Assembly: GCA_964466905.1 (NCBI GenBank)
Contig: CAYXOF010000001.1
Span: 1 to 53,746 of the forward strand
Direction: 5' to 3'
From: an uncultured Candidatus Saccharibacteria bacterium
GTDB taxonomy: Bacteria > Patescibacteriota > Minisyncoccia > Phycocordibacterales > UBA918
Length of the DNA: 53,746 bases
Every line of letters starts with the position of its first letter. Positions within the stretch are counted from its first letter, which is position 1. The notes below the pieces were generated by a model that worked only from the letters and a program-made list of their open reading frames with translations, was not told the DNA's origin and did not search any database. Of this stretch, positions 1-9,233 are shown piece after piece. The translations under genes were made by a program, and so were the position numbers.

Positions 1-1
1 A

Positions 2-955
2 CCCGTCGAGGCGAGTGCCTTCGATGAAGATATTGCCGGAGAATTTAGTGGGGTAGGGATGGAGATCGGTCTCCGCGACGGTCTGGTGACCGTCATTGCA
101 CCACTTCCGAATACACCAGCCGAGCGGGCGGGTATCATCGCTGGTGATGTACTCGTGGCGATTGATGAGACGACGACGGAAAATATGCGCGTGGATGAGG
201 CGGTAAAACTCATCCGCGGCGAGCGAGGTACAACGGTGACGTTACGGATTTATCGCGAGGGTGAGACTGAGTTTCTTGATATACCAGTTACCCGCGATAC
301 CATCGAGATTCCCACGAGTAAAACGGAGGTAGTTGATGGTGTGTTTATCGTGTCGTTGTATAGTTTCAATGCTGTTTCAGAACAGCAGATCAGAGCTGCC
401 ATGCTTGAATATAAGCAAGGGAACTATGAGCGGATGATTCTTGATCTCCGTGGTAACCCGGGTGGCTTTCTCCAGAGTGCGGTAGCGATCGCTAGTCATT
501 TTGTGCCAGCCGGCAAGGTAATCGTCAGCGAACAGTTTGGTGGCGATACACCGGGTGACGTGTTTCGTAGTCGTGGTCGGCAGGCTGGAGCATTTTCCCC
601 AGAAACGCTTGTGGTGCTCGTTGATGGCGGTTCGGCGTCAGCCTCAGAAATTGTCGCTGGTGCCTTGAAGGATCATGGGGTGGCGACGGTCATTGGTGCA
701 CAAACCTTTGGGAAAGGCTCTGTGCAAGAACTCGTACGACTTGATAGTAAAGCATCGCTTAAGGTGACCGTCGCGAGGTGGTTGACGCCAAATGGGACAT
801 CTATTTCTGAAGGCGGGCTGGCACCTGATATCACGATCACTCGCTCCGCTGCCAATCGACTCGCGAATGAGGATCCACAACGGGCTGCCGCACTTCAATT
901 TTTAGCGGGTGAGTTGGTTGAGAGTGAGACTAATTTACCGGTGGTAGCAGACTAA
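2..955 (+). CDS. S41 family C-terminal processing peptidase (PDZ + peptidase domain); N-terminus lies outside the window
   Basis: Frame is open from nt 2 (PVEASAFDEDIAGEFSGVGMEIG...). PDZ-like GIIAGDVLVAIDE. S41 motifs LDLRGNPGGFL and GSASASEIVAGALKD...TFGKGSVQ. Confidence 0.85.
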   Translation, partial: PVEASAFDEDIAGEFSGVGMEIGLRDGLVTVIAPLPNTPAERAGIIAGDVLVAIDETTTENMRVDEAVKLIRGERGTTVTLRIYREGETEFLDIPVTRDTIEIPTSKTEVVDGVFIVSLYSFNAVSEQQIRAAMLEYKQGNYERMILDLRGNPGGFLQSAVAIASHFVPAGKVIVSEQFGGDTPGDVFRSRGRQAGAFSPETLVVLVDGGSASASEIVAGALKDHGVATVIGAQTFGKGSVQELVRLDSKASLKVTVARWLTPNGTSISEGGLAPDITITRSAANRLANEDPQRAAALQFLAGELVESETNLPVVAD

Positions 956-1031
956 CCTACAATTATACTAGTGACTTCTCGGTAAATTTGGTACACTCCT
1001 TTGGTATTTATTAGTAATAATATAAGTCTGT

Positions 1032-1472
1032 ATGAAAGTAGTCTTACTGCAAGATGTAGCAAAGATTGGTCGGAGACATGAGGTAGTTGATGTCCCAACT
1101 GGGTATGCACAAAATATGCTCATTCCGAAACAAATGGCTGCGCCTGCCACCCCTGATAACCTCAAGAAAGTTTCAGCCCATAGCCAGGCAGCTGCTTCAC
1201 AGCAAGCCTCCGTAGAAGCTGCGTTTACGACTGCCTGTCAGTCGCTTAAAGACACATCGGTGACAGTAATCGCTGAAGCAAATGAGCAGGAGCATCTATT
1301 TAAGGCAATTCATGAGTCTGATATTGTCCTTGCTGCAGCTGACCAAGGCATCACGTTTGAGGGGAGTTCGATTAAGATAGCAGAACCGATTAAATCTCTT
1401 GGTAAACATGTGGTCACGCTCGTGTGTCAGGCAAAGCAATGCGATTTTACGGTGTCTGTCATTAAAAAATAA
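1032..1472 (+). CDS. rplI: 50S ribosomal protein L9
   Basis: MKVVLLQDVAKIGRRHEVVDVPTGYAQNMLIPK is the canonical L9 N-terminal domain. 146 aa. Confidence 0.9.
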   Translation: MKVVLLQDVAKIGRRHEVVDVPTGYAQNMLIPKQMAAPATPDNLKKVSAHSQAAASQQASVEAAFTTACQSLKDTSVTVIAEANEQEHLFKAIHESDIVLAAADQGITFEGSSIKIAEPIKSLGKHVVTLVCQAKQCDFTVSVIKK

Positions 1473-1499
1473 TGAGCTAATTCATAAGTATCTATCAGT

Positions 1500-2213
1500 A
1501 TGAGTACAGATGTTGTCACAAAATCACTTCCCGTTGTCGCGGTGCTCGCGGTGTGCGGTATGCTCGTCGTTGGTCTGGCTATCTGGTCGCAGGGGCCAGC
1601 GACTGAAACCGCCATCGGCACTACTGATGCGGTCGAGTTGCTCCCGGCACCACTCGCACCCGAGTCTCTCGAAGCTTATAATGTAACTATTGCTAATACT
1701 ATGAACCCGATTGCTGTACTTGAGACGTCTGCCGGAGTGATTGAACTTGAGCTCTTCGCAGATACGATGCCAATCACCGCTGGAAATTTTAGAAAGTTAG
1801 TCGAAGAAGGTTTTTACAACGGTACAAAGTTTCATCGAGTGATTGATGGATTTATGATTCAAGGAGGGGATCCGAATACCAAAACTGACGAAGTCATGCG
1901 TTACGGTACTGGTGGTCCTGGCTACGCGATCCCGGATGAACACATTGAAGGTGATTTGCTCACAAACGTCCGTGGCACCATCTCTATGGCGAACAGTGGT
2001 CCTAACTCTGGTGGCAGTCAGTTCTTCATCAATCTCGTTGATAATACGAATCTAGACTTCAACAAGCCGCCACTCTCTTCAAAGCATCCCGTGTTTGGTC
2101 GTGTGGTGTCTGGTATGGAAGTAGTTGATGCGATCGGAAAGGTGGAGGTGAATGGTAATGATCTTCCGCTTGAGGATGTGATGATTACGAGTGTGACGAT
2201 TCGTGAGTCATAA
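1500..2213 (+). CDS. Cyclophilin-type peptidyl-prolyl cis-trans isomerase with N-terminal membrane anchor
   Basis: FHRVIDGFMIQGGDP and SMANSGPNSGGSQFFI cyclophilin signatures. Hydrophobic N-terminus VVAVLAVCGMLVVGLAIW. Confidence 0.9.
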   Translation: MSTDVVTKSLPVVAVLAVCGMLVVGLAIWSQGPATETAIGTTDAVELLPAPLAPESLEAYNVTIANTMNPIAVLETSAGVIELELFADTMPITAGNFRKLVEEGFYNGTKFHRVIDGFMIQGGDPNTKTDEVMRYGTGGPGYAIPDEHIEGDLLTNVRGTISMANSGPNSGGSQFFINLVDNTNLDFNKPPLSSKHPVFGRVVSGMEVVDAIGKVEVNGNDLPLEDVMITSVTIRES

Positions 2214-2242
2214 GTTGCTCAATCGGAAAGCGTGCAACGATC

Positions 2243-2276
2243 ACAATAACACCGCCCTAGTGGGCGGTGTTATTGT
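2243..2276. terminator. Bidirectional stem-loop between the convergent PPIase and rpmA genes
   Basis: Perfect 15-bp stem ACAATAACACCGCCC / GGGCGGTGTTATTGT with loop TAGT. Lies between two convergent stop codons. Confidence 0.6.
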
Positions 2277-2320
2277 ATCTGTAGTCTGAGGCAGGAGATG
2301 TATATTCTTTCGTAGTTCCC

Positions 2321-2602
2321 CTAGGCTGCAGCGACGACGTCAACTGCCTTTTTAGCAATCGTCTTACCATCAAACCGCATCTTACGGATTGAGCGGAAAG
2401 AGACAATGCCATCGATCATGGCGAAAATAGTGTGGTCTTTGCCAGCTTTCACCCCTTTCCCAGGCTCAATCTTTGTTCCTCGTTGGCGGACAATCACTTG
2501 TCCTACCTGGACGGCTTGGCCGTCAGCGCGCTTCACTCCGAGGTATTTTGGTTGTGAGTCACGCAGGTTTTTCGCGGTACCCGCGGCTTTCTTGGTTGCC
2601 AT
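2321..2602 (-). CDS. rpmA: 50S ribosomal protein L27
   Basis: MATKKAAGTAKNLRDSQPKYLGVK...VIVRQRGTKIEPGKGVKAGKDHTIFA matches the L27 consensus. Confidence 0.92.
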   Translation of the reverse strand: MATKKAAGTAKNLRDSQPKYLGVKRADGQAVQVGQVIVRQRGTKIEPGKGVKAGKDHTIFAMIDGIVSFRSIRKMRFDGKTIAKKAVDVVAAA

Positions 2603-2653
2603 ATAATTACGGTATAATGTTTATGAAATCTAACGCGGTGAAGTATACGATAT

Positions 2654-3052
2654 ATGTTTGAAAAACTCAAGACCCACTTACAGTCTGATCAGGTGTTCAT
2701 TATTTTGATTTTAGTGCTGGTGGGTGTTGCCTCGTTTGGTTTGGGGAGACTGTCGGTACTGCCAAATCACTTTGAGGCTCATCCAGGAGAGGCTCGAGTC
2801 CTCATTACACCGAGTTCTGGTATGAGATCTTCTGTCGATACAACCCTGCGGGACAGTCCAGCACCCACTGTGGATACGAACGCAACATCACCACAGCCTG
2901 TGGTGGCTTCACGATCCGGCACTAAGTATCACTTACTGACCTGCCCTGGTGCGAGTCAGATTAAGGCTGCGAATCGGATTGAGTTTGCCTCTCCCGCTGA
3001 GGCGCGAGCAGCTGGATATACGCCAGCCGCAAATTGTCCTGGTGTATACTAA
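2654..3052 (+). CDS. Membrane-anchored protein with C-terminal Ada-like / sunset-type metal-binding motif
   Basis: One TM helix (VFIILILVLVGVASFGLG). C-terminal YHLLTCPGASQIKAANRIEFASPAEARAAGYTPAANCPG (YH-x3-C ... C-P pattern). Family assignment is from memory. Confidence 0.55.
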   Translation: MFEKLKTHLQSDQVFIILILVLVGVASFGLGRLSVLPNHFEAHPGEARVLITPSSGMRSSVDTTLRDSPAPTVDTNATSPQPVVASRSGTKYHLLTCPGASQIKAANRIEFASPAEARAAGYTPAANCPGVY

Positions 3053-3059
3053 AGTGTAT

Positions 3060-3845
3060 ATGCAGGATTGGTTATTGGTGAGAGCGGGTTGGCGGTGGTA
3101 TGACCAATACGCAGACTATATGGCAGCCTCGGTTGCTTACTATGCACCACTCGCGATTATTCCACTGGCATATATCGTGGTGACTATTTCTGGAGTAATT
3201 TTTGACGGTGTCTACATTGAGGCTTGGCTCCTACAGAAGGGGGCAGGACTCGGTCCTGAACTCACGAGTTTGATCAGAGATGGGGTATTGGTGTTTGCTG
3301 ACACGACCAAGGGCCAGACCGTGCCGTTTTTGAGTGTATTGTTTTTTTCGGTCGTGGTGATCGTTGCGTTCAACACTTTGATCGGGGGCATTCACCAGGT
3401 GTGCCAGGTACCACATAAAGGCATCAAAGGCTGGGTTGAAAAATGTCTTCGGTCTGCCATATTTCTCGGTATTTTGGGCGGCTATGTCACTGCACTGTTG
3501 GTAGCCGAACGAATCTTTCAAGTGTGGGAAAGTGATTTTGCCACCGTGCTCAGCTGGGGTATGTTTTGGTTTTTAACCACTGTCCTGTGTACGGTGGCGT
3601 ATGCGGTATTGACGTGGTATCCGCTTTCATTTTCGGCTCGGTGGCGGGGAGGCTTGGCGGCGAGTGGTCTGTTGTTGCTCGGTCAATCATTCATTAGTGC
3701 GTACGCTGCCACTGCCGGTGTGCCCGGATTATTTGCCGCTGCACAGTTAGTGGTCGTGTTGCTTTTGTGGGTGTATGCCATTGTGTGTATCATTTTGTAC
3801 GGTGCAGCGGTGGCGTATGAATATGACAGCAAAATAATTCGCTAA
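3060..3845 (+). CDS. YihY/BrkB (ribonuclease BN-like) family integral membrane protein
   Basis: MQDWLLVRAGWRWYDQYADYMAASVAYYAPLAIIPL is the typical YihY N-terminus, followed by 5-6 TM segments. I chose the internal ATG at 3060 because the 2949 start overlaps the upstream CDS by about 100 nt. Confidence 0.7.
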   Translation: MQDWLLVRAGWRWYDQYADYMAASVAYYAPLAIIPLAYIVVTISGVIFDGVYIEAWLLQKGAGLGPELTSLIRDGVLVFADTTKGQTVPFLSVLFFSVVVIVAFNTLIGGIHQVCQVPHKGIKGWVEKCLRSAIFLGILGGYVTALLVAERIFQVWESDFATVLSWGMFWFLTTVLCTVAYAVLTWYPLSFSARWRGGLAASGLLLLGQSFISAYAATAGVPGLFAAAQLVVVLLLWVYAIVCIILYGAAVAYEYDSKIIR

Positions 3846-3851
3846 AATTGT

Positions 3852-4442
3852 ATGCTTGTACTAGACATTGAGGCATCGGGAACCAATTATGAAAAACACT
3901 CGATCGTATCGATTGGTGCGCTAGATCTCAATGATCCAAACAATCGATTTTATGAGGAGTGCAGTATCTGGGATGGGGCACATATTATGGATGGAGCTCT
4001 GGCGGTAAATGGCTTTACCGAAGCGCAAATAACTGATCTGAGTAAGCCGACTGAAGCTGATATTGTGAGGCAGTTCTTAGTGTGGACACAAACCCTCTCT
4101 GATCGGACCTTGGTGGGACAAAATGTGTCATTCGATCGTGATATGCTACGCGCCGCCGCTGATCGAGCTGATTGTAACTGGGATATTGCTTATCGCACTA
4201 TCGACACCCACACGCTCTGCTACATGCACATGGTGAAGCAGGGGATCGCCCCGCCCTTTGACACAAACCACCGCCGCACCTCGCTTAATCTTGATGCGAT
4301 ATTACAGTATTGTGGTATCCCGGATGAACCTGAGCCACATAATGCCCTGACGGGTGCGCTGTGTCATGCTGAAGTGGCGTCACGCCTTCTTTTCAACCGA
4401 CCACTTCTCCCCGAATTCGCCCACTATCCACTCCCGTGGTAG
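3852..4442 (+). CDS. DnaQ-like (DEDD) 3'-5' exonuclease domain protein
   Basis: ExoI LVLDIEASG, ExoII GQNVSFDRDML, ExoIII-like HNALTGALCHAEV. The last acidic residue is not obvious. Confidence 0.7.
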   Translation: MLVLDIEASGTNYEKHSIVSIGALDLNDPNNRFYEECSIWDGAHIMDGALAVNGFTEAQITDLSKPTEADIVRQFLVWTQTLSDRTLVGQNVSFDRDMLRAAADRADCNWDIAYRTIDTHTLCYMHMVKQGIAPPFDTNHRRTSLNLDAILQYCGIPDEPEPHNALTGALCHAEVASRLLFNRPLLPEFAHYPLPW

Positions 4443-4445
4443 GGA

Positions 4446-5207
4446 GTGAGTGATACAATGCCCTATATGCCTAATATGAAAAAAACCATCCCCAAGAAAA
4501 AGCCAAAGAAAGATCCGTGTGCTCGCGTTGTGTCAGAATTACTTGATCCGAAAGGAGCTGATGGCGATGCGGTGCAGTCGTGGCGAGTGTTTCGCATTAT
4601 GGCGGAGTTTGTTCAGGGCTTTGAACTTCTCCGTGAACATGGTCTAGCGGCCACCTTCTGGGGTAGTGCCCGTCTCGAGCCGACTGATCAGTACTACAAA
4701 GCCGCTGAAGAGCTCGCGGCAAAATTAGCGAAGGACGGGTTTTCTATCATTTCCGGTGGTGGACCAGGTATTATGGAGGCTTCTAACGTGGGTGCATTTA
4801 AGGTGGGCGGGAAATCTGTCGGTCTGAATATTCAGTTGCCATTTGAACAAAAATTGAATCCCTACACCACAGATTCGCTTGATTTTGATTTCTTCTTTTC
4901 TCGTAAAGTAATGCTCACCTTCGCGTCGGAAGTCTACGTGTATTTCCCGGGTGGCTTCGGCACATTTGATGAGTTATTTGAAATTCTGACGCTCATTCAG
5001 ACAAAAAAGATTGAACGCCTGCCGGTGTTGCTCTACGGGGCAGATTTTTGGTCACCATTTGTCCAGCTGTTTGAAAAACAGCTTTTGCAGCGCTATAAAA
5101 CCATCAGTCCAGAAGATCTTGAATTATTTGTCGTGGTAGATAGTGTGAAAGAGGCTTATGCGTATATTAAAAAGCACGTGAACCGATCAAGTGTGAATCA
5201 AATCTAA
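4446..5207 (+). CDS. LOG family protein (TIGR00730-type nucleotide phosphoribohydrolase)
   Basis: GGGPGIMEA and PGGFGTFDELFE motifs. GTG start at 4446; an ATG at 4458 is an alternative start. Confidence 0.85.
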   Translation: MSDTMPYMPNMKKTIPKKKPKKDPCARVVSELLDPKGADGDAVQSWRVFRIMAEFVQGFELLREHGLAATFWGSARLEPTDQYYKAAEELAAKLAKDGFSIISGGGPGIMEASNVGAFKVGGKSVGLNIQLPFEQKLNPYTTDSLDFDFFFSRKVMLTFASEVYVYFPGGFGTFDELFEILTLIQTKKIERLPVLLYGADFWSPFVQLFEKQLLQRYKTISPEDLELFVVVDSVKEAYAYIKKHVNRSSVNQI

Positions 5208-5220
5208 TAATACCTTACGT

Positions 5221-6471
5221 ATGCAAATTACTTATTTTGACCAAGACTTTGTGACCAAGACCGCGATTGATCGGGGCACCAAACAGCTCCTTCCATACGC
5301 ATCCGATATTGCCTCGGTTGGTCAGCAGCTTGATGTGTCTCGACATGAGTATGCACTATTTCATGCTGGTACAGCAGAAATACAAGCTGTGACTGAGCAG
5401 GTCGCTCGGCTCGCTACTAAGACAAAACACGTACTCGTTATTGGAATAGGTGGGTCATCTCTCGGACTGGAAGCGGTGTATCAAGCCGTGCCAGCCAAGC
5501 GAGCATTAACCGTACTTGATACGACGACAGCACCCAATATTACGACCGCACTTGAAGCCCTGGCTCCTTACAAAAAGGTAGAACAGATCGCTGTTTGTAT
5601 CATTAGTAAGTCAGGAGGTACGACGGAAACAATGGTAAATGCGAGCGTTGTACTCGAAGCACTACAAAAGCACTTTGGCCCAGCCTTGGCCGATCGAGTT
5701 TTTTGTGTAGGAGACGCGAGCACACCGTTTTTTGAACACGCCAAGCGAAAAAAATATCACACGTTCGCTATGCCAAAATCGGTCGGTGGAAGATACTCTG
5801 TTGCGACAGAGGTAGGAATTGTTCCGCTTACGCTCTTGGGCTATGACACTGACACATTCATCGCTGGCGTACTGGATGCAAATGAGGTTTCATTTATCGA
5901 AGTGGTTGCAGAAAGTGCTGTACGACTTTCTTTGTATATAAAAAAAGGGTTTCGACATTATAATTTCTTTGCATTTGAGCCTCGGTTGGCAAAGCTTGGT
6001 GCATGGTATCGACAGCTGCAGGCTGAAAGTCTAGGAAAAGATACTGATCGAGCCGGCAAAAGTTTCCGTCAGGGTATGGTACCAACAATATCGACAGCGG
6101 TTGAGCTTCATTCAATTGGTCAGCTCTATCTCAGTGGGTTTGCTGGAGTATATACTGATTTTGTGACGTTTGACGATGATACGGTTGACTTTTCAATTCG
6201 TAAACAAGGCCTCGCTGCGACGTGGGCCGGCTTTACGGCGCAAGAAATCGCGACGGCAATCTACGGTGGGGTAATACAGGCCTACCAAGCCAAACAACTC
6301 CCATATCGAACGACTGTCTTTGATGAAGATGTGTTGTATTCACTCGGGATGTTTATGGCAGCCCGGATGCGAGAAACTATGTACGTCGCTGATCTGCTGA
6401 ACCTCGACGCCTTTGATCAGCCACACGTAGAACTCTACAAACAAAAAACGAAGGCTATCCTTGGTTTATGA
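5221..6471 (+). CDS. pgi: Glucose-6-phosphate isomerase (short form, 416 aa)
   Basis: IGIGGSSLG, SKSGGTTET and VGGRYSV motifs of the phosphoglucose isomerase SIS domains. Confidence 0.85.
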   Translation: MQITYFDQDFVTKTAIDRGTKQLLPYASDIASVGQQLDVSRHEYALFHAGTAEIQAVTEQVARLATKTKHVLVIGIGGSSLGLEAVYQAVPAKRALTVLDTTTAPNITTALEALAPYKKVEQIAVCIISKSGGTTETMVNASVVLEALQKHFGPALADRVFCVGDASTPFFEHAKRKKYHTFAMPKSVGGRYSVATEVGIVPLTLLGYDTDTFIAGVLDANEVSFIEVVAESAVRLSLYIKKGFRHYNFFAFEPRLAKLGAWYRQLQAESLGKDTDRAGKSFRQGMVPTISTAVELHSIGQLYLSGFAGVYTDFVTFDDDTVDFSIRKQGLAATWAGFTAQEIATAIYGGVIQAYQAKQLPYRTTVFDEDVLYSLGMFMAARMRETMYVADLLNLDAFDQPHVELYKQKTKAILGL

Positions 6472-7316
6472 ACATCCTTGTCTTTGATATTGGCGGAACC
6501 AAAATGCGCATTGCCTGCTCAGGTGACGGCACATCACTGAGTGAGGTGATGACATTCGCCACGCCGCGCACGCTCGAGGCTGGAGTAAATCATATCAAGA
6601 CAGCAGCGGCCAAGCTTGGTATTGATACGCCAACTATTGTCGTTGGAGGGATACGTGGTCTTTTGTCCGAAGATAAGTCAGGTATTCAAAATGACGGCGT
6701 GTTAATTAAGTGGATAGGAAAGTCACTCGTGGCTGCACTCCAAAATGAGTTTAAAGCCCCGATTTATTTAGAAAATGACACAGCATTGGCTGGTCTTGGT
6801 GAGGCAGTGTTTGGAGCCGGGAGAGGGCTCGATATTGTTGCCTACCACACCGTCAGTACCGGGGTGGGAGGGGTAAAGGTGGAGGAAGGGAAGATCGATG
6901 AAGCAAGTATGGGGTTTGAGCCCGGTCATCAAATACTTGATATCGACCGTACTATACTTGGAGATGATATCACTCCAACGCTTGAAAATTTAGTGTCCGG
7001 CACTGCGCTAGAGTCTCGGTATGGTATGAAAGCCTACGATATACCTCAAACGGATGTGGTCTGGGATGAGTTAGCAGAATACTTAGGCCAAGGCTTACGT
7101 AATACCATTCTCTATTGGTCACCCGATGCGGTAGTGCTCGGTGGGGCGATGATCGTGGGGGATCCAGCAATTTCGGTTGATGCGATCCGTAAGTATACCG
7201 TTGCCTCACTCGATCAGTTTGTGCCCTGTCCACTCATTACGAAAGCCACCTTAGGCGACAGTAGTGGTCTGTATGGCGCACTCGCCTACGCATCACAACA
7301 CCTTGTAAAACAGTAA
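6468..7316 (+). CDS. ROK-family sugar kinase (putative glucokinase), lacking the Cys-rich zinc motif
   Basis: ILVFDIGGTKMRIA (phosphate-1) and ENDTALAGLGE (ROK signature). 4-nt overlap with pgi. No CxCGxxGC motif after GHQ. Confidence 0.7.
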   Translation: MNILVFDIGGTKMRIACSGDGTSLSEVMTFATPRTLEAGVNHIKTAAAKLGIDTPTIVVGGIRGLLSEDKSGIQNDGVLIKWIGKSLVAALQNEFKAPIYLENDTALAGLGEAVFGAGRGLDIVAYHTVSTGVGGVKVEEGKIDEASMGFEPGHQILDIDRTILGDDITPTLENLVSGTALESRYGMKAYDIPQTDVVWDELAEYLGQGLRNTILYWSPDAVVLGGAMIVGDPAISVDAIRKYTVASLDQFVPCPLITKATLGDSSGLYGALAYASQHLVKQ

Positions 7317-7348
7317 GACTCACTGAACAGTCACATTCATAGAAATGT

Positions 7349-7377
7349 TTGACTTTATACATAATATATTGTATAAT
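7349..7377 (+). promoter_or_regulatory. Near-consensus sigma70-type promoter TTGACT-17-TATAAT
   Basis: TTGACT at 7349-7354, a 17-nt spacer, and TATAAT at 7372-7377, about 90 nt upstream of the GTG at 7468. Confidence 0.55.
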
Positions 7378-7467
7378 AATAAAAATCCGTGAATTGTGAT
7401 ATGATTTCTCGGTCATCAGCTTTGGCTGATGTTTGTCAGTTAAGACCCTCGGCTTATTTTATCCTCT

Positions 7468-7896
7468 GTGATTCTGGCGTTTCTTTCAGTCACAACCGCT
7501 ACAGCAGTTGTACCACCAGAAACCGCCTACGGACACATTGCGATGGAAGTGATAGAAGCACCCGAGTCAACTTTCGTATCATACGATGCAGAAAAAATCG
7601 TTCGATCATATTTTCGGGATATTCCGATTATGATCGAAGTTGCTCGCTGCGAATCTACCTTTCGCCATCAGCTCGCAGATGGGTCAGTCCTTACGGGACG
7701 AGTTGATCCAGCTGACACCGGGGTAATGCAAATCAACAAGCGTTACCATGAGTCAACTGCGCGCGCAATGAATCTTGATCTCAACGATATTTATCACAAT
7801 ATGGCGTATGCCCGGTTTCTCTATGAGACGCAAGGGACCCAACCATGGAGTGCTTCAGCTTTTTGCTGGAACAAGTCATTGGCAGCAAATATCTAA
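7468..7896 (+). CDS. Small secreted lysozyme-like / SLT-type transglycosylase domain protein
   Basis: Hydrophobic N-terminus. CESTF (catalytic Glu-Ser), GVMQIN, and NMAYARFLY resemble the SLT/goose-lysozyme motifs. The start (GTG 7468) is uncertain. Confidence 0.6.
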   Translation: MILAFLSVTTATAVVPPETAYGHIAMEVIEAPESTFVSYDAEKIVRSYFRDIPIMIEVARCESTFRHQLADGSVLTGRVDPADTGVMQINKRYHESTARAMNLDLNDIYHNMAYARFLYETQGTQPWSASAFCWNKSLAANI

Positions 7897-7902
7897 CAAA
7901 CG

Positions 7903-7930
7903 TACACTCTCCTCGGGGAGTGTATTTTTG
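7903..7930 (+). terminator. Rho-independent terminator
   Basis: TACACTCTCC-TCGG-GGAGTGTA stem-loop followed by TTTTTG, 7 nt after the stop codon. Confidence 0.7.
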
Positions 7931-7953
7931 TGTAGACACGGTATACTGGAAAT

Positions 7954-8418
7954 ATGCAGTATTGGCTCATGAAGAGTGAACCTGAAGCCTATAGTATTAC
8001 GATGCTTGCAACCGACGACGCTGGTCGCTGGGATGGGGTGCGTAATTACCAGGCCAGAAATTTTTTGCGGTCAATGCGAGTAGGTGATCGGGTAATTTTT
8101 TATCACTCGAATGCCAAGTCTGCAACCGGGGCGGTGGGGGAGATGGAGGTGATACGCGAGGCGTATCCTGATCCAACCCAATTTGACTCAAAGAGCGACT
8201 ATGTTGACGCAAAGTCCTCCAAAGCAAATCCTCGGTGGTCTGCCGTGGATGTACGATATGTGAATACGTTTCCACGTTGTGTCACACTCAAGGCGATGCG
8301 AAATGTATCGGCATTACAGCATTGTCGACTCCTGGCTCGAGGTAATCGCTTATCAGTTATACCGCTTTCACTTCGTGAATACCGTGCGATCGTCACAAAA
8401 GGGCGGTCTGCCAAGTAA
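7954..8418 (+). CDS. EVE (PUA-like) domain protein
   Basis: MQYWLMKSEPEAYSI...WDGVRNYQARNFLR...GDRVIFYHS is the typical EVE-domain N-terminus. Confidence 0.8.
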   Translation: MQYWLMKSEPEAYSITMLATDDAGRWDGVRNYQARNFLRSMRVGDRVIFYHSNAKSATGAVGEMEVIREAYPDPTQFDSKSDYVDAKSSKANPRWSAVDVRYVNTFPRCVTLKAMRNVSALQHCRLLARGNRLSVIPLSLREYRAIVTKGRSAK

Positions 8419-8432
8419 TAATCTATTCTGGT

Positions 8433-9227
8433 ATGAAAATCGGCTTCTTTGATTCGGGTTTAGGAGGGTTAGTGATTTTGCGGTCGGTGACTCGGGCGTT
8501 ACCAGCCTACGACTATTTATATTACGGCGATACAGTACACCTCCCGTATGGCGATAAGTCCGAAGCTGAAATCTACGCATTTTCGCAAGCGGCAATGGAG
8601 TATTTATTTAATCATGACTGTGCACTCGTGATTATTGCGTGTAATACTGCCTCAGCTGAGACGCTCAGACGTCTCCAGGATGAATGGTTACCAACGCAGT
8701 ACCCTGATCGTCGGATTCTTGGTGTGATTATTCCTACTATCGAGGTACTTAGTGCGACGGGTAGTCATCAGGCGCTTTTGATCGCGACGAAGCGAACAGT
8801 GGAGTCAAAAAAATATGAACGCGAATTATGCTTACGCGGAGATACCACGTGCACGTTGACAGCGATCGCAACTCCGGCGCTGGTACCGATGATCGAGGCA
8901 GGTGAGATAGCGGTAGCTGTTGAGTCCGCCTGGCAGACCATTACTCCGCACCTTCAGATCGTTGATACCATTATTCTTGGTTGTACCCACTATGCCGAGC
9001 TTAAAACAGCACTGCGCGAGAGGTTAGTAGCGGGGAAGTGGGACGTACGTATTTTGTCACAAGATGAAATTATTCCGCAGAAGCTGCAAGAATATTTAGA
9101 AGCCCACCCAGAAATGACTAAAAAACTCACTATCGCAGGCACGCGAACGATCCATTTGACGGCACATCGGGCTGAATATGATCGTATTGCTGGTCAGCTA
9201 CTCGGAGGTGTGTTTGTGGGGGAGTAG
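8433..9227 (+). CDS. murI: Glutamate racemase
   Basis: KIGFFDSGLGGLVIL, the two catalytic Cys motifs IACNTAS and LGCTHY. Confidence 0.92.
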   Translation: MKIGFFDSGLGGLVILRSVTRALPAYDYLYYGDTVHLPYGDKSEAEIYAFSQAAMEYLFNHDCALVIIACNTASAETLRRLQDEWLPTQYPDRRILGVIIPTIEVLSATGSHQALLIATKRTVESKKYERELCLRGDTTCTLTAIATPALVPMIEAGEIAVAVESAWQTITPHLQIVDTIILGCTHYAELKTALRERLVAGKWDVRILSQDEIIPQKLQEYLEAHPEMTKKLTIAGTRTIHLTAHRAEYDRIAGQLLGGVFVGE

Positions 9228-9233
9228 GGTGCG

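Noticed and set aside
2949-3059. N-terminal extension of the YihY/BrkB ORF (MRVRLRLRIGLSLPLPLRR...)
   Set aside because: It overlaps the upstream CDS by about 100 nt in another frame and is Arg/Leu-rich nonsense. The family-typical N-terminus begins at ATG 3060.
7389-7706. 105-aa ORF overlapping the start of the lysozyme-like gene
   Set aside because: It has an unusual Ser/Arg/Cys-rich composition and no motifs. The other frame carries recognisable SLT motifs. I kept it only as a caveat on the start of that gene.
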